Assembly: GCA_965649765.1 (NCBI GenBank)
Contig: OZ287750.1
Coordinates: forward strand, 85,312,001-85,376,000
Origin: Bispira polyomma
Taxonomy: Eukaryota
Length of the DNA stretch: 64,000 nt
Direction: 5' to 3'
Shown here one piece after another: positions 46,633 through 61,500 of this stretch. Position numbers and translations under genes: made by a program. Positions within the stretch are counted from its first letter, which is position 1. The number at the start of each line of letters is the position of its first letter. The notes under the pieces were generated by a model. It did no database searches, was not told the DNA's origin, and saw only the letters and a program-made list of their open reading frames with translations.

Positions 46633-48910
46633 TTGGAATACCATGGCTTAGGAACACCATGGCTTAGGAGCACCATGGAAAACTTCGGTAAAATTCAGTA
46701 TATAATTATTGGCTGTTTTCGTCTGTAGCTTAGATGCTCAGAGGAAAATAGTTCCTCCCGGAACGTAATATTAGGGTATCCATTCTAATATTCTATAATA
46801 TTAGTAATATGCTATATAGTAAGGTAGTTAATTTAATTTGTCATGTAGGAAATAGGAATAACCAATCCCAAACCAGGTCATCTAAGCCAAGATGTAACGA
46901 CTGATACATGGAAGCTCCAGGCTCAGATTGAACAATCTATTTAATGGAAAAACAAATGCTAAAAAAGTAGAGGTCAATATTTATAGAGTTTACTGTAATA
47001 ATCTCCAATACCACGAGATGCTTTACCTTTCCCAACAGTCCCAATGGTGTGATTTCTTGTTTCACACCGCAGACAAAAAATAAAAACAGTCCCCCATTAT
47101 GGCCCCAAAAATAATTAGTTCAATCTATCCCTGTACCATTCTCCAGGGAGGGGACAGACAAACCCCCAACACCCCCCCAAAAACCTCCCAAACATTGAGG
47201 CTGTAAATCCAAAAAGCCAATCCCACTCCAGAACAACCACCACCCCCCTCTCTCCCCTATTCAATCCAGCCCTCAGCAAAACCCCCATATTACTTGGCCA
47301 ATTTTATTAGTTACCCATGGAGAAATAATCACTGGAGTTAGTCCATTATTCCTGTTATTGGATTCGATTTTCGATGGAATTATCTCTTATCTGTCTCCTT
47401 TGAAATGGCCCTTCCCACCAATATCGCCCCCACCCCCCCAACACTTTCCATCCCCCCTTTACCCCTCTTGTTACTGTCTCAGTGTCATTTGATGGAAGAA
47501 GAATGAGGGGGGGGGGGGAGGTGGTCTGGATTTAATAGGATCCCCTTGATATATTTTTCTCTCCCAGAACATATCTACCAAAAACTTCTGAAATAAAATC
47601 CCTTTTTAAAAAGTAAAATACTCATAACTGTATTAAATAGATATAGATTCCTTTACGCCCAAAAAAAAAGAAAAAGAGATTAACAACTGTTAGTGGTATC
47701 ATCAGCAAGTGGAAGTAAAACTTGAAGCCACAGATAACATAGCTTAAACTTAGACTTGGTGTGTCCCTAGCTGTTCAGTTTAAGGTGATAAGTATGGTAA
47801 GAAGACTAGTGGTAGATTCTGGGAGATTAATGGACCTGTCATATTTTGCCACCAGTATATTACAGGACTCTTATAATAATAAAATTACAACCACCAGCAC
47901 TATATCTACATACAAACAAATGCATAGAGTCTTTGTGGCTTTATTTCTCTCACTGGTATGCTAAACTTAGTTTTTTTTGTTTTTTTTTTTTGTTTTTTGT
48001 TTTTTTTTGGGGGGAGGGGGGTATGTGTTCAGCAACTTTAAAGATATACATTACAGGGTTGTTATTATAAAATGAGAATAACTGGTATTATCCACACATA
48101 CAAAAATGTAACCTTTTGATTTTTTTTTCTAGTAAGTATTTTTTTTTGTGTTGCGATTTAGGACAACTTTAAAGATATATGTACCAGTGTAATATTAATA
48201 TTGGCAGTTGAATATTTGTTTTCGGTAAATCACTTCTAACGTAACATTGCATCCAGGCATGGACCCATAAACAGAATTGGATCTTTGCTTCCGATGTTTA
48301 TGGTGTGATTTTTTTTGTCCAGCTTTAGGCGAACCTTTTTTTCAAAGGCAAACAGTTTTAACCAGTACAATAAAAACAAGCTTTTTTTGGCTATGACATG
48401 GAGAAATTTGATTAGCTTGGGCCATGAACACGTTTAGCACCAGACATAAAGCTGAAAACATGTTAATTTTAATGTTTCAGTATCCAATTTAGGAACCCCA
48501 TTTACTACAGGTATTTCAAGCTCCTTTTCTAGTTTTTATTGTTTGCATATGGTATATGAATACACCTTTTCTATTTACTTGATGACCAATTTGTTACAGC
48601 AAGCCACTTCAAACTGCCACACACATGGAGACGTACATAGACTTTCATGAGTTGTAAATGCCTTTGTAATACATAGATTCGACTGCTGCACTCTCTATCA
48701 TATACTTACACGAGCCAGATATAATGCTTTTGTACACATTTTGTCCTGGAACTTTTGGCTGAAATGTGTAGCTCTTCACCCAACAAGAATATAAACAAGA
48801 TAAGTTAAGATACTTTGTGCACTTTTTCCTCTCTTGAAAGGCCATTTCTATATGAAGATATGATATTAAAAAAATACTGATGACAGATTCAACAATAACT
48901 TATTTCAGAG

Positions 48911-49283
48911 TAGACCGAATAATCTGTCCCTGTTTAGCGAGATTCCTTGCTAATATTTGGTCGGCTGAATCACAAAAAGGGACAGAATGGCCTCCATAAG
49001 GAAAACGTTGTAAATTTAGACTGACGTAACATGGCCGACAGTGTTGTTTCAATGATTTTGGTTTAGTTTTTATTTTATATTAATTGATATGTAGCTCATC
49101 CGCATAAAATAACAAAAAATCGGCAACCATATCATATACAAGGAATAAGGGGATGTATTTTATTTTTAATAGATTCTGTCTCTATATATGCCGATTTTGA
49201 TTTACAACGTTTTGCAGGCCGCTCTGTCCCTCGCCGTGCTATCAGTATATCAAAGCATAAGCGAGGGCAGAATACTCGGTCTA
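48911..49283. mobile_element. Non-autonomous DNA transposon with a perfect 9-bp TSD (Mutator-like)
   Basis: ATTTCAGAG at 48902-48910 and 49284-49292; TIRs TAGACCGAATAATCTGTCCCT / AGGGCAGAATACTCGGTCTA. Confidence 0.85.
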
Positions 49284-50764
49284 ATTTCAGAGATACGTTG
49301 GAAATGATCTCACCTTATTACAAAAGGCTGTTCTATATTAAAGAAGCAACATAAAATTTGCATAATTTTACATAGCGGAAATTTGCATCATCTCCAGGTC
49401 TTTTGTGCATGTTGTATGCATTTATCTGATGAATACAGCAATTTACTCTTCCATTTGACATGAATTAAACAAAGTAGGGTAGATTCTATGGTAACATAAC
49501 AAGTGACTATATGATTATACATATAGTATATGGGTCATGGTGGCCCAGTGATTAAAAGCGCCTGCTTCACCATCACTGGCCTCTCAATAATTTGAAAACA
49601 ACATAAAAACCCAAATAAATTCTACATGTTTCACTACGTTTGTGGCAAACATTGGGAGTTTAGCCCCCAACTGACAGCTATGCCATAATATCAATGAATA
49701 TGTTAAGCATATTTGGGCTTTATGTTACATTAACTATCTAAACAATTATATGTTACTATGATATCTTTGCTTTACACACCACTACTTTTAACATGTTATT
49801 CAATATAAATAAGCTTTAAAAATTAAATAATAGTTTAGATATGATATAACAGATGACTTAAGATCATCTTAACTTGTCAAATTATGGTAATGATATATAA
49901 AGGTTTAAGTTAACTGAAAAATGTACATTAGCTGTATAAAAATAATATAATTTGTTATTATGTTGTGAATTTGGACCAACAGTGCGCTCATTTTGAGTTT
50001 TCAATCTCAAACTCTGAAACATTGAACTAATCAGTTCTTGAATAAAATCGAAGTATACATTGTTGTGATGAAAGTAAATAATTCAAGAATGTACACATTC
50101 CATAGTTTAACTGTTGAATCTACACATTTCACAGGCCAGTCATTGAATATATACATTCCACAGGTGATATTCATGAAATGTATAAATTCAATGAGTATAT
50201 TGTCGAGATTGTACATTTCACAGTACAAGTCATGGAAGGTAGACAAAATGTAATAACTCATTTAATAATGTCAATATGTACAAATCAGTTTGATTCCATT
50301 CTTTACCCATATCTGTACTGTTAATCCTTACCTAAAGAGGGATGTGTTGCTTTAATGCAATGGTGTAAATAGGTAATTTAAGTATACTCAAGACTTACTC
50401 AACTACAGATTGTATAGCATTGCATACTGGTGGTTTTTGCTTTCAACATGTATGAAGTAAACTCTTTTAGTCCTATATTTAATAGATTCCATCCTATAAG
50501 ATGTATACACTGTGAGTTATGTCCAAAGGGGAACATTACATCATATAGTAAATCTCATAACTCAGCAATTTTTAACCTTTCTTGAGCCAAAGTGCACCTT
50601 GAAAAGCAGCAAATGTCTTGCCGCAATGAATAATTGAAAAACTTCGGCTTTGCGGGCTGACAAGCTGTTTTGACCGCGAAACCTTTTTTTATTGGTTTGG
50701 CTAAAACTTCAGCCCATCTACCAAAATGATTTATATGAACGATCTTTATAGAAAGCTTGGTCTT

Positions 50765-51001
50765 TGTATTATGTACTCTAGTACCTTTTGGTAGGTTATA
50801 TTGGGACGGGTAGTTGGAAACGCTGGAGAAAACACTACATACAGTCGGTCAAGGTTCTGCAGAGAAACCAGCGGTCCACAGTAAGGAACTACCACCTTTC
50901 CCACATAGACATCAACGGGATTCGAACTCACGCCGCCCAGAGGTGAGACACCAGCGATTGTGAAGCGCAATGCTTGCTAACCACTAGGCCACCGCGGCCC
51001 C
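50765..51001 (-). mobile_element. tRNA-derived SINE, family 1 (intact head)
   Basis: Minus strand reads GGGGCCGCGGTGGCCTAGTGGTTAG (A box) ... GAGTTCGAATCCC (B box) followed by a non-tRNA body. Confidence 0.9.
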
Positions 51002-51421
51002 GTGATATTTAAGGGAAGACACAATTAGGAGGGATAAATGCCAAAAGAAGGAATTTCACCACACAGCACTGTCTTGTGTGTTGACAGACTTGTTGGCAGC
51101 ATTATACACGTTTTATAGACGGAAAAGGATAGAGAGCAGTAAAAAAATTACATAGGGGTGAAAACTAACACATACTTATAAGCAGTAAATATATTGCCAC
51201 ACAGACTTTTGAGGTCATGTTATGATATAATGTTGTTGTGAATTCATATACTTCTATATTAGTCTTTTTTCATAAAGTTATTGTCTTGTGTAACAGCATC
51301 TAGGGGTTGGGGTTATAACCTAAGAGGTTATATAGTCACTACTATACTGTAGCTATAATAGGTAACACAAGATTATGGCTATACTGGCAATAATAATTCA
51401 GTTAAATTTAGGGCTTTATAT

Positions 51422-51632
51422 TTGAATTTGGATATTTAACGTCCACTCTAGTACCTGTTTAGGTTATATTGGGACGGGTAGTTGGAAACGCTGAAGGAAA
51501 CACTGCATACAGTTGATCAAGGTTCTGCACTGAAACCAGAGGCCCACAGAAAGAAAGTACCACCCTTCGCACATAGGCATCGACGGGATTCGAACTCACG
51601 CCGCTCAGAGGTGAGAGACCAGTGATTGTGAA
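51422..51632 (-). mobile_element. SINE family 1, 5'-truncated
   Basis: Same body and B box. Confidence 0.85.
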
Positions 51633-52534
51633 GTTGGAGCTTTATAAGGGTCTGCTTTAACATCACAGTCTTTCTCGTGACAGTGGAATTAAATCCCACT
51701 ACTTCCTTCATATAGCAAAGTTTACCAGGTAATTGCTGCCATCAGTAGGTGGTTTCCCTTCACCAATACATCTGCCCGTCGCAACATGACCCGGAGTTTT
51801 GGAAGTGACGTAAACCCCAAATTTAGATGGTAATAGTGTATATCAAACGAAGACTAGAAAATATAATGAGTTGGTAAAGGCTCCAAAAAAAAAAACCAAC
51901 TCAAAAGCTTCTTTTTTTGTACCCATCCATCCTTTAATTCATTAATTATGTATAGAATGCCTCACATAACAGTTTTCCGAAATTGGATAATATATTCATG
52001 TCTTGTTTTGGATGCTTTATACTGCGAGTGTATACATCTAATACTATGTTGTTGCTATAACTTTTAACATAAGATTGTGGCTATAGATTGTTTAGCGGAA
52101 ATTATAATTTTTTTTTTAGAATTGATACAGCAGACATTTGGGGTGAGAATAGTGAACCCCATTTAAGGCTTTAACAAAAAATAATATGGTATAATAACAT
52201 CTGGCTGTTGAAATGCAAATTGTTTCATCAACCTAAAATGGGTTATAAAATGAAACCTGTTCAAAAATTAAAATGGTTTTGTAAATAGTCAAATTCCCAA
52301 GACAATTTCTCAAATTGAAAAGAGTTCCAAAAATTGAAAATAGTTGCAAAAATAAAAGACAGTTTTACGAATTGGATATGGTTTAAACTGTACACTACTT
52401 TATTACAAACTGGTACAAATTATACTTTGACATTGTTGAATTATAATTTAAACAATGTTATGTCCAAATATATTGTATTACAAGCAACACTACCACACTC
52501 CCCACACCCCCTCTTTTTCACTAGCCATGAAATA

Positions 52535-52820
52535 CATCTTGATTACAGTCTTTAAAACCTACACATAACATAACTATAAGTGGAATAAATAAGTCATGAA
52601 ATATGAAGCACCTCGGTCTAATAGATGTCTAACTCTAATTTCCCTTGAGATATAAATTTATACACTCAAATCAGTAGTTACTATTTTGAAAATGGACAGA
52701 TGTACTTTTTTTATCTTATCACGTCTAGTCTGCTGAGCATAATATCTATATTGTGGGAATAATGTATATTTAGATAAAATCCACCTGCGTCATTTAACAC
52801 AACACAATTACAGTCATGTG
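52535..52820 (+). repeat. ~280-bp dispersed repeat, second copy at ~61780-62055
   Basis: Shared CAGTCTTTAAAACCTACACATAA...CTCTAATTTCCCTTGAGATATAAA...GCTGAGCATAATATCTATATT. Confidence 0.85.
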
Positions 52821-53619
52821 TTATGAAATAATAGGAAATTAAAAAAGAAATTGTCAGATTTTATTCAGACAAACTAACTGACAAAATATGCCCACAAATA
52901 CATCACTGTCCTTACATGATGGCAGTGTTAATCCTCAGGACAAGACCCCAGACAGATCGATTTGTTTTAAACTTTCATATGACAGCCCGAAGCCCCTTGT
53001 CTGTGCCAAAATCAATGAGGATATTTTTATTGATCCTGATGGATCTGGGGATTTTTAAAACAAAATTTACAATGAATATTACAGTGTTACAGAAAAACAT
53101 TAGTACTTCAGTTGTATAGCATTGATGTAATTTAATAGTCATAATCCTGCATTTGATAAATGTCAAATAGTGATAATTGTTAAACAAAAATAATTAATTG
53201 ATTTATATGTATTTAAACTGTTTCTTTTGATGTTTTTTTTTTTTTCAATATAAAATCTCAGGACCAAGTTTAGTACAAGTTTAAATGAATTGTACAAAAC
53301 ACATTTTATGTTTACATTTTTTATTTTCGCTGCATATGAATATTGCTAACAGACGAATAAATCAAATACTTAACCAAATTCTCTGACAGTTTCTCAATGT
53401 CTTTGTATTAGAAGCCTATGGTTTTTAATACAATCAGACTTTTGTGGTTTCTACTGCTTTGTATTCAGTTATATAGAAAAATAATAGAGAAATATATAAT
53501 TATAACCTTCATTATCGCTCATTGGTTTCTATATTCCACAGGGTAGTGATGTATAGTAACTTAACCTTTATGAAATATTATTATGAAGTTTATGAATAAG
53601 ACATTATTCAGCGTTTCTA

Positions 53620-54960
53620 TTTTCTATGCATACATCAGACATAGGCTACACAAGGTCCTATATTACATACATACATCATTCATTGGCTACAACATGTCCT
53701 ATATTACATACATACATCATTCATTGACTACAACATGTCCTACATTCTATGCATTCATCAGGCATTGGCTACAACAGGTCCTGTATTCCATGCATACATC
53801 AATCATTGACTACAACATGTACTTTAATCCATGCAAACATTAGTAATTGACTACAACATGTCTTATATTCTATACATACATCAGACATTGACTACACAAT
53901 GTCCTATATTCTATAGATACATAAATTATTGACTACTATATGTCATATATTCCATGCATGCATCAACCATTAACTACAACATGTCTTTTATTCCATGCAA
54001 ACATTAGTCATTATCTACAACATATCTTCTATTCCATGCATGAATCAGTCATTGACTACAACATGTCCTGTGTTCAATGAATACATTAGTCATTGGGTAC
54101 AACATGTCTTATATTTTATGCATACATCAGTCATTGGTTACAACACGTCTTATATTTCATGTAAACATCAGTCATTAGTTACAACATGTCTTATATTCTA
54201 TGCATACATTAGTCATTGACTACAACGTGTACTTTTATCCATGCAAACACTAGTCATTGACTACAAGTTGTCTTATATTCTATACATACATCAGTCATTG
54301 ACTACAACATGTCCTATATTACATGCATACACCAATCATTGACTACAATCTGTTCAACATTCTATGCATTCATCAGGCATTGGCTACAACAGGTCCTGTA
54401 TTCCATGCATACATCAGTCATTGACTACAACGTGTACTCTAATCCATGCAAACATTAGTCATTGACTACAACATGTCCTATATTCTAAACATACATCAGT
54501 CATTGACTACAACATGTCTTATATTCCATACATACATCGGTCATTGGTTACAACATGTCCTGTATTCCATGCATACATCATCGAATGGCCACAACAGGTC
54601 ATATATTCCATGCATATATCAGTCATTGGTTACAACACGTACTCTATTACATGCATACATCATTCAATGGCCACAACAGGTTATATATTCCATACATATA
54701 TCAACCATTAGATACAACATGCCAGCTATGCCATGTTTTATTATATTCAGTAAGACCCATTAATCATTAGGCACAATGTTTCAGTAATGCTCTAAAAATA
54801 CATTAGTCATTAACTACAATGTTTTAGTAATGTTCTAAACACCCATCATTCATTTTTTGAGCTACAATGTGTCAGCAACGTTCTAAACATACAGTAGTCA
54901 TTAGTTACACTGTGTTGGTGATGTTGTAAATATGCAGTAATCATTAGGATTGTTGTGTCA
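53620..54960. repeat. 41-bp minisatellite (~27 units to ~54720, then a degenerate second subtype)
   Basis: Unit ~CATACATCAGTCATTGACTACAACATGTCCTATATTCCATG; period 41 (54490, 54531, 54572). Confidence 0.93.
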
Positions 54961-55114
54961 GTAATATTGTGCATTTGAAGTTCTTAACAAGACAAAATAT
55001 ATTAGTAATTTCCTAGAATGTAGAATGTCTATATACTACTATTAACTAACACTACTCTGTGTCACACTATGAGGCCTCTACAGTGGCACACTCTCGCCTT
55101 CTGCCTCTTCTATC

Positions 55115-56597
55115 CAGGGTTTGAAACTCACCCTCAGGATTATATATCCTTTAGAGTGCCAATGTGTAGTTTTGGGCCAATTTTTGGGGTGTTGTGCTAA
55201 CTGAAAACTGTAGCTGGACTGCCAAACCGTATTTTGCAGCCATTTTTGTTGGTGCTCTGTAATGCCGGCAGGCAATTACAAGTAAAGTAAAGAGCTGATG
55301 TACAATTTAAAGCACTTTTTCCAACCTTCATGGTGCCAACTGGAAAATTCTATTGAAGAGGCAATGTGTACATTCTGAAAAAAAACAATTCAGAGTATGT
55401 ACATGCCGTAGGAAATTTTTGTGTCAGGAAATTTCCAATAAAAGAACCTTTTGTGGCTCTTCCTTGGAATTTCCATGCAGCATCACAAAGGCTTCAAAAA
55501 ACCACAAAAGTGCCTCAAATGACACATTGGCTGCCATGCTGGATGTCATTTGAAAATAAATTTAGCGTAAATTTTGCAAGTAGTTTGCTGGGGTTAATGT
55601 ATCAAACGTAAAAGTGCGTAAATTGTTTTTATGCAACCAATTGCTATGAAACAACTTTTAAAATTTGACATGCAAATAATGCCAGTATGTAGCTTGATTT
55701 AGCACCAATATTTGCGTAACTGTTGTGAGAGGTGATGTATTCTAACTTAATTATACGTGACTGTGCAAGAGTTTATATACTAATGCTGTCAAGCAACTAG
55801 AATATGCTTTAGCCTGTTCTTACGGGCTGTAACGTGCAATAACGCTTCCTTTCATGTATATTGGCATATAATTACGTGTCCCTTTGTCCATCTAATTGCG
55901 CAAATATTCACATAAGCTGCGGCTTTGTACAGGTTTTTATGTACATTAATGTCAATTTAGCATAGCTAAAATGCTTTTTTTAAACTTTTGCGTGACATTT
56001 TACATCACATATCTGCAAGACCCTGCATATCCCCAACAATTTGGCAAATCTACTGTTTACGAGCCACAATCCAATCTCTAACAGGCTCTGGCGTGTTCTT
56101 CACCTTGAATCACTATTTGTCACCATTTGTCACTGTGACACTATTTCTAATCACTTTTTGCAGTTGTGTTATTATTTAATGCCTGGAAGATTAATTAAAT
56201 TAGTCAAGCCCAGAAAGGGGTGTCCTGCATTTTGGAACAGAATACATATATTCTTGTCACAGAAGTCATTGAGAAGTAGCCATAGCATTAGGAAGTGGGA
56301 GGAGTATTCAAGGAATTTAAGATATAACCTTAGAATGAAAAGATTAGCTTGAGATAAAAACTAGATCAAAACTATCATCTATTGATGATATTACTGATTT
56401 TTTTCCCATTCCTCTATATTGCAATATTTTCTTTCTTTCTTTCAGTTTTTACATAATAGAAAAACTCTTATTTTACATATTTCCTTCTTCAAATCTAAGA
56501 TTCCATTTTTTGGATAAAACTCTCTTTCATTACCTCTCCGCTCCGTTCAATTGGGAAAATTCCCTGCTGCATAGCAAATTAACCTATTTCAACCCTG
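55115..56597. mobile_element. Possible non-autonomous hAT-like element
   Basis: Ends CAGGGTTTGAAA / TTTCAACCCTG; no 8-bp TSD visible. Confidence 0.4.
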
Positions 56598-59065
56598 CGC
56601 ATCACAGCGTAGTGCCAGGCGAAGAGATATGAAGTGACAAGCCCCCCAAAAGAGGAAGTTGGTTTCATTAGGCGGAGTAATTTATCAAGAGAGAGGGGGC
56701 CCTTGAATGACATTGGAACAAAATTGGCTGGATGACGCATTTTAATCATAGCTAAATTCCTTCTGAGTTTCTCTCTAGGTTTTTTTCATTGTCGTTTTGT
56801 GTTTAAAAATATGGTATGAAAAATAGTGGCATTGGATTTTGAACCCGTCCAATATCCAGCCATCTAATGAAAATAGATGGACACAAAACATCGCAGCTAA
56901 GGAGATTTTTATGTGTGTGTGTTATAATATCTGGTCTAATGTATTCATGCCTTGCATGGGAATTTGTATCTGTATTTTTATGAAGTAAACTGTGGAAATG
57001 TCCATTTTAGCGAAAGACGCGCTGCCAGCAGGGTTTTTGCGATTATGCTTTGGCTTTTTCTTTTGGCTGACAACAGCATTTTTACCAATATTTCTTTGGA
57101 CTTTGTGGGTAAAGTTCGGGATGTATATGGCTTATGTTCCCAGGATAATGCAGCTGTTCAAATATTTGAAGAAACATATCATAATTTAGGTTTTAAAAGT
57201 CCAGACCTGAGATATTAATACCGCAGTTTGTATATGCTAGATTCCGTTTATTATTTATTATATATGTCAAAAATAGGTGAAGTTCGTAAAAAATAAGCTG
57301 ATACTGTGAATTTTGATGAAATATGGAGCAACATTATTACTACACCTTATGCATATCATCCAGGTATGTTGGTCTACATACTAAACCTCTAAATTATAAA
57401 ATAATTATAATTTATAGATAAAAAATATTTTGGCTGCCACATAAACACTGGCGACTGAGGTGTACTGCATGTCTGCTTTTGTGAAAGACAATTTCTGGTG
57501 TGTTAAGTTATGTAACTTCGGTCACTGAATTCTTGTTTTATATTTGCTTTCTGAACTAAACCTATAAAAGACCAAACAGGATATGGTATTTGTGGAAATT
57601 TTAGCTGAAATAAAATTTTACTAATGTACAAAATTCATTGGTTACCTATTCTGCAGGCATTTCATCTAAATATACATCACAGAAACGTTGTTTAGTAAAT
57701 GTTTGAGTTTTCATGAATATATTTTTGCTGAAATGGTAGTTTTTTTAATGTAGTCACATTATACATATGTTCTTTAAATTGTATTACTGAATTGTGACCA
57801 TTGTATTTTATTAAGATTAATATCATTCTTAGTGAACATTCTAATATAAGTATATGTCACAGGTGATATTAAAATCCAGAAATTACAATTTTAATGTTGT
57901 CTAGACGGATATAAAATCTGCCTGGGCGAAATTAAAATTTTGAAACTACCTTGGCGGAACTAAAATATTCCTCTTTATAAAACAGAGTATTAAAGTTTCA
58001 TCAATTCAAGTTTCAGATATCAGATTTAATTTTAAAACTTTTTGTTTCTACCTAAAAATAATTTCTCTTATATAATAGAGTAACCAGCTATAAAGAGTAC
58101 CCTTGTACCCACACAAGTTTAATTTGTCTGAAATAATATTAATTTTGATATAAACAACCCCCCTTTTTTTTGGGGGGGAGGGGGGCTCATTGCTTCAAAT
58201 CACAGAAACAACTCCTATGTCGCTCTCTCCTCTACCTACTAGAACAAGAACAGGCCTTTATCAAAACACAACACAGATGGGGGACTGCTCATTTTAGTGT
58301 CAGCCAACGTTTTGATCCCCCCGTGCATTGTAACCATTTGTAAGCACGTCATGAAAATGACCTTCGTTAACTATACAGGATTAAGGCCAAGCTGCGGAAT
58401 AATTAGATCCTTGTATCAAAGTCAATGCAATGCTGTTGTTTTCCCCCAACATTTTGTAGAACCTAAACTCTTACAAATTTTATAATCTTGGTTCATTAAA
58501 TATGAGCCATCTCATAAGTGGATACTCTTGTACTGATGACATTATAGCATTATAAAGAGCCTTGCACTTCCACTTTGGACTGGTCTCTTCACAAACAATG
58601 CTAACATAGGATTTCCAGATAAATTTTCATTCATATTTTAAAATTAAAACTTAAACTGAGTATATGAACAAGGACACCATGTGTGTTCGTGTGTCTGGAT
58701 GTGAGTGTATTCTGTATAAAGGGTTTTTGCTTCATATACTTCAGCAATTACTCAAGTCAAAAGTCAGTATATCAGACTCGCCTTGATGTGTCCCACATCA
58801 GAGAGACCATGGCCCAAGCCATACAACTGCTATAATACTTCCTGACAGCTCCATTAAAAGGGCCACGACGGCATTATACATGGATGTCCAACTGTAATAA
58901 ATCAGTTTATTGTTGATGGTTGTGAACAGTGGCTCTTGGTGTGTATATACCTTACTTCATTTACCTAGAAATAATATCTACCCTTTTTTTAACTTTTTTT
59001 CAATTAAATCCCCAAAGTAAGATAGACAAACCGCATTAACTAATATGCTCAGCATTATATACTGA

Positions 59066-59279
59066 GCAAGCATTGCACTTCACAATCACCTCTGGGCAGT
59101 GTGAGTTCGAATCCTGTCGATGCCTATGTGGGAAAGGTGGTAGTTCCTTACTGTGGGCCGCTGGTTTCAGTGCAGAACCTTGATCAACTGTATGCAGTGT
59201 TTCCTCCAGCGTTTCCAACTACTCGTCTCAATATAACCTAAACAGGTACCACAGTGGACGTTAAATATCCCAATTCAAA
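59066..59279 (+). mobile_element. SINE family 1
   Basis: GAGTTCGAATCC...ATGTGGGAAAGGTGGTAGTTCCTTACTGTGGGCCGCTGGTTTC. Confidence 0.85.
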
Positions 59280-61221
59280 TTTATATACTAAGAAAAAGCA
59301 GGGCAATGACCATGTACAAACGTATCAAAGTTTATTTTATCTGTATTTATCTTTGGGAATTTGATGTACCTTACACCATTCATCTAGCAATAACATCAAC
59401 CCTTGTTTTCTGGCTGAAACTGAACACACAGCAGCAATATTGACTGGTATTCTCTCTACATCAAATAAGTAGATCAATGCACCATGTACAAATGTCACAA
59501 AGATTCTGTTATCTGTTATTTTGGGATTTGAAGTCAATCACAAAGGAACTCCCACACTCTTTATCAATGTCCCCAAGGGTTTTTGTAGCTTGCTATTGGC
59601 ATAAAGCTAATGACAATAGAATAACACTCTTCTGTACTAGTGTATAAACCCTTGCAGTATTTAGGTAAAATCCATCTGTATTAGTTAGTTAAGCTTGGTT
59701 TTTAAAGTCATTTCAACATTTTTGTGTTATGCCATGATGGATAGTTTATTGGTGAATCAAAGCAGTGGACCGGGTAATCAGGTCAGGTCAGGCCAGGTTT
59801 TTATGCTACAAAGCCAGGCCGTCAAGTCTGTTGCCAACTTTTGCATATACAAGTCATGTCCGAGATTCGAACTGTTACTGCAGATGTTGGAGGAGGTATG
59901 AATAAGTTAACAATTTAATTAAGTATAAGTTTAATTAAGCAATGTTAAATCATGACAAATTTTATGTTTTAACATTTAAAAAAATAAAATGTTTAATTAA
60001 GTTATTCTTTTTCGGAAAATAAAAAGAGTAGTTGAGTTATCGAAATATCGAAGAAAAATCATTGAAAAGTTTGATGAAATTTATGTGCAGATCTTGTAAT
60101 TGTGCAGATTCAACAATCTGAGCAAACAGATTCAGCTTGTTATAATTTAAAGTCTGTTTCAAATAATTACTGGAATAACCTTTCCAACGTGTTACTATTT
60201 TGATTAGATATTAAAAAAATCCAAGCAACTGAACTTTATGATGGCAAAAGCCTGCAAAATGCAATAGATGGATTTGCATATTCATCATGCTACATCCCTT
60301 AATATCCCATCTTAAATATCAAAATAATACGCTTTTTGAAATTAACTAAAAAAAGCCTTAAGCCTCTTTATATGACTTACTGTCTGAGTGTATTTTTTTA
60401 GAAAATTTGAAAAACTATTGTGCATATGTACACGCCTGCGTCATGCCAACATGGCATACCAACTGGGCATACCAGTATGCATCACCAAGACGTTACAAAT
60501 TGTAAAATATTTCAGTGTCTTGTTTAAATTTTTAAAGGATGACACATTTAGATAATTCTGTTAGCATTGTTTCCAAAATTATATGCTGCAAATGTTTAAA
60601 CTTAGGACAACAGAAAGTATCACTTGCTTTTCATCCGTCATTTACTGTCCGTCAAAAATCGTTCACTGCGTCAATTTTTGTCATATTCTGCTGTACAAAA
60701 TATACATTATTTGATGAATCACCTATAATCTGTACTTGTATTGATTGTTTGTATGCTGTATGTAAACAATATTTCAGGGTTATTAATAGTAATAATATAG
60801 TTTAGGACTGCATTGCCAGAGAGGTTAAAAGAATTCAGAGGTGGAAACCAATAGTTTTTTTATCTATATATCAGGCACTTGCAATCAAGATCAATGGTTT
60901 GGACAAACCATATGTTGTCCTAAACTATACAGGTTTCCTGTAGTGCTAAATATGCTGCCATGTAAAACTAAAATAAACTCAAACTATGTACATAGTTAGT
61001 AGAAATATTGTCATAATTGCCATTGGACCTCTAAACTTCAAACGTTTGGAGACACATACATCTTGTACCAGTGACCATAAAAATGGTACACTTGCCATTC
61101 ATATTAAAACTAATTTCTGAATCTCCATTGATACTTATCCAGTGAACAACAAAAAAAATATCTGCTTTTAAAATCCACAAATCCAGATGGAAAAAGTACT
61201 GATTGAGAAATTGTCACCAAC

Positions 61222-61500
61222 TTGCCACTATGGCCTAGTGGGTAACATAAAGGATCACATAAACTCTCTTGTAAATACAAAGGATCTGGACTTGATCTTA
61301 GCCTGGACTAGAGACAGATACATAGTAGTTTGGATGACCACTTGAAACTGGTGGTCCTTTGTTGTTGGGTGCTATCTCCAGTGGCAGGCTAAAGAACTTT
61401 GGGACGTTGGTAAATGGTATCGTCCTTAAACCTCTCTTCAATTGGGGGAATGGCGATTACTGGTCGACTGTACTTAAACAGTCGGGTATATACAATTTGT
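61222..61500 (+). mobile_element. SINE with a Nin/Deu-like core (second copy at ~44220-44380)
   Basis: TGGCCTAGTGG A box. The core GTTTGGATGACCACTT..GGTGGT...GGCT.AAGA is shared by both copies. The domain name is from recall. Confidence 0.55.

Noticed and set aside
50905-51001. tRNA gene (A and B boxes)
   Set aside because: There is no proper cloverleaf or acceptor stem, and it continues into a body shared by four dispersed copies, so it is a SINE head.
53583-54770. His/Tyr/Cys-rich ORFs
   Set aside because: Artefacts of the 41-bp minisatellite.
56650-57976. Possible Kolobok-like element (AAGAGGAA / TTCCTCTT ends)
   Set aside because: The inverted match is too short, there is no clean TTAA TSD, and there is no transposase motif.
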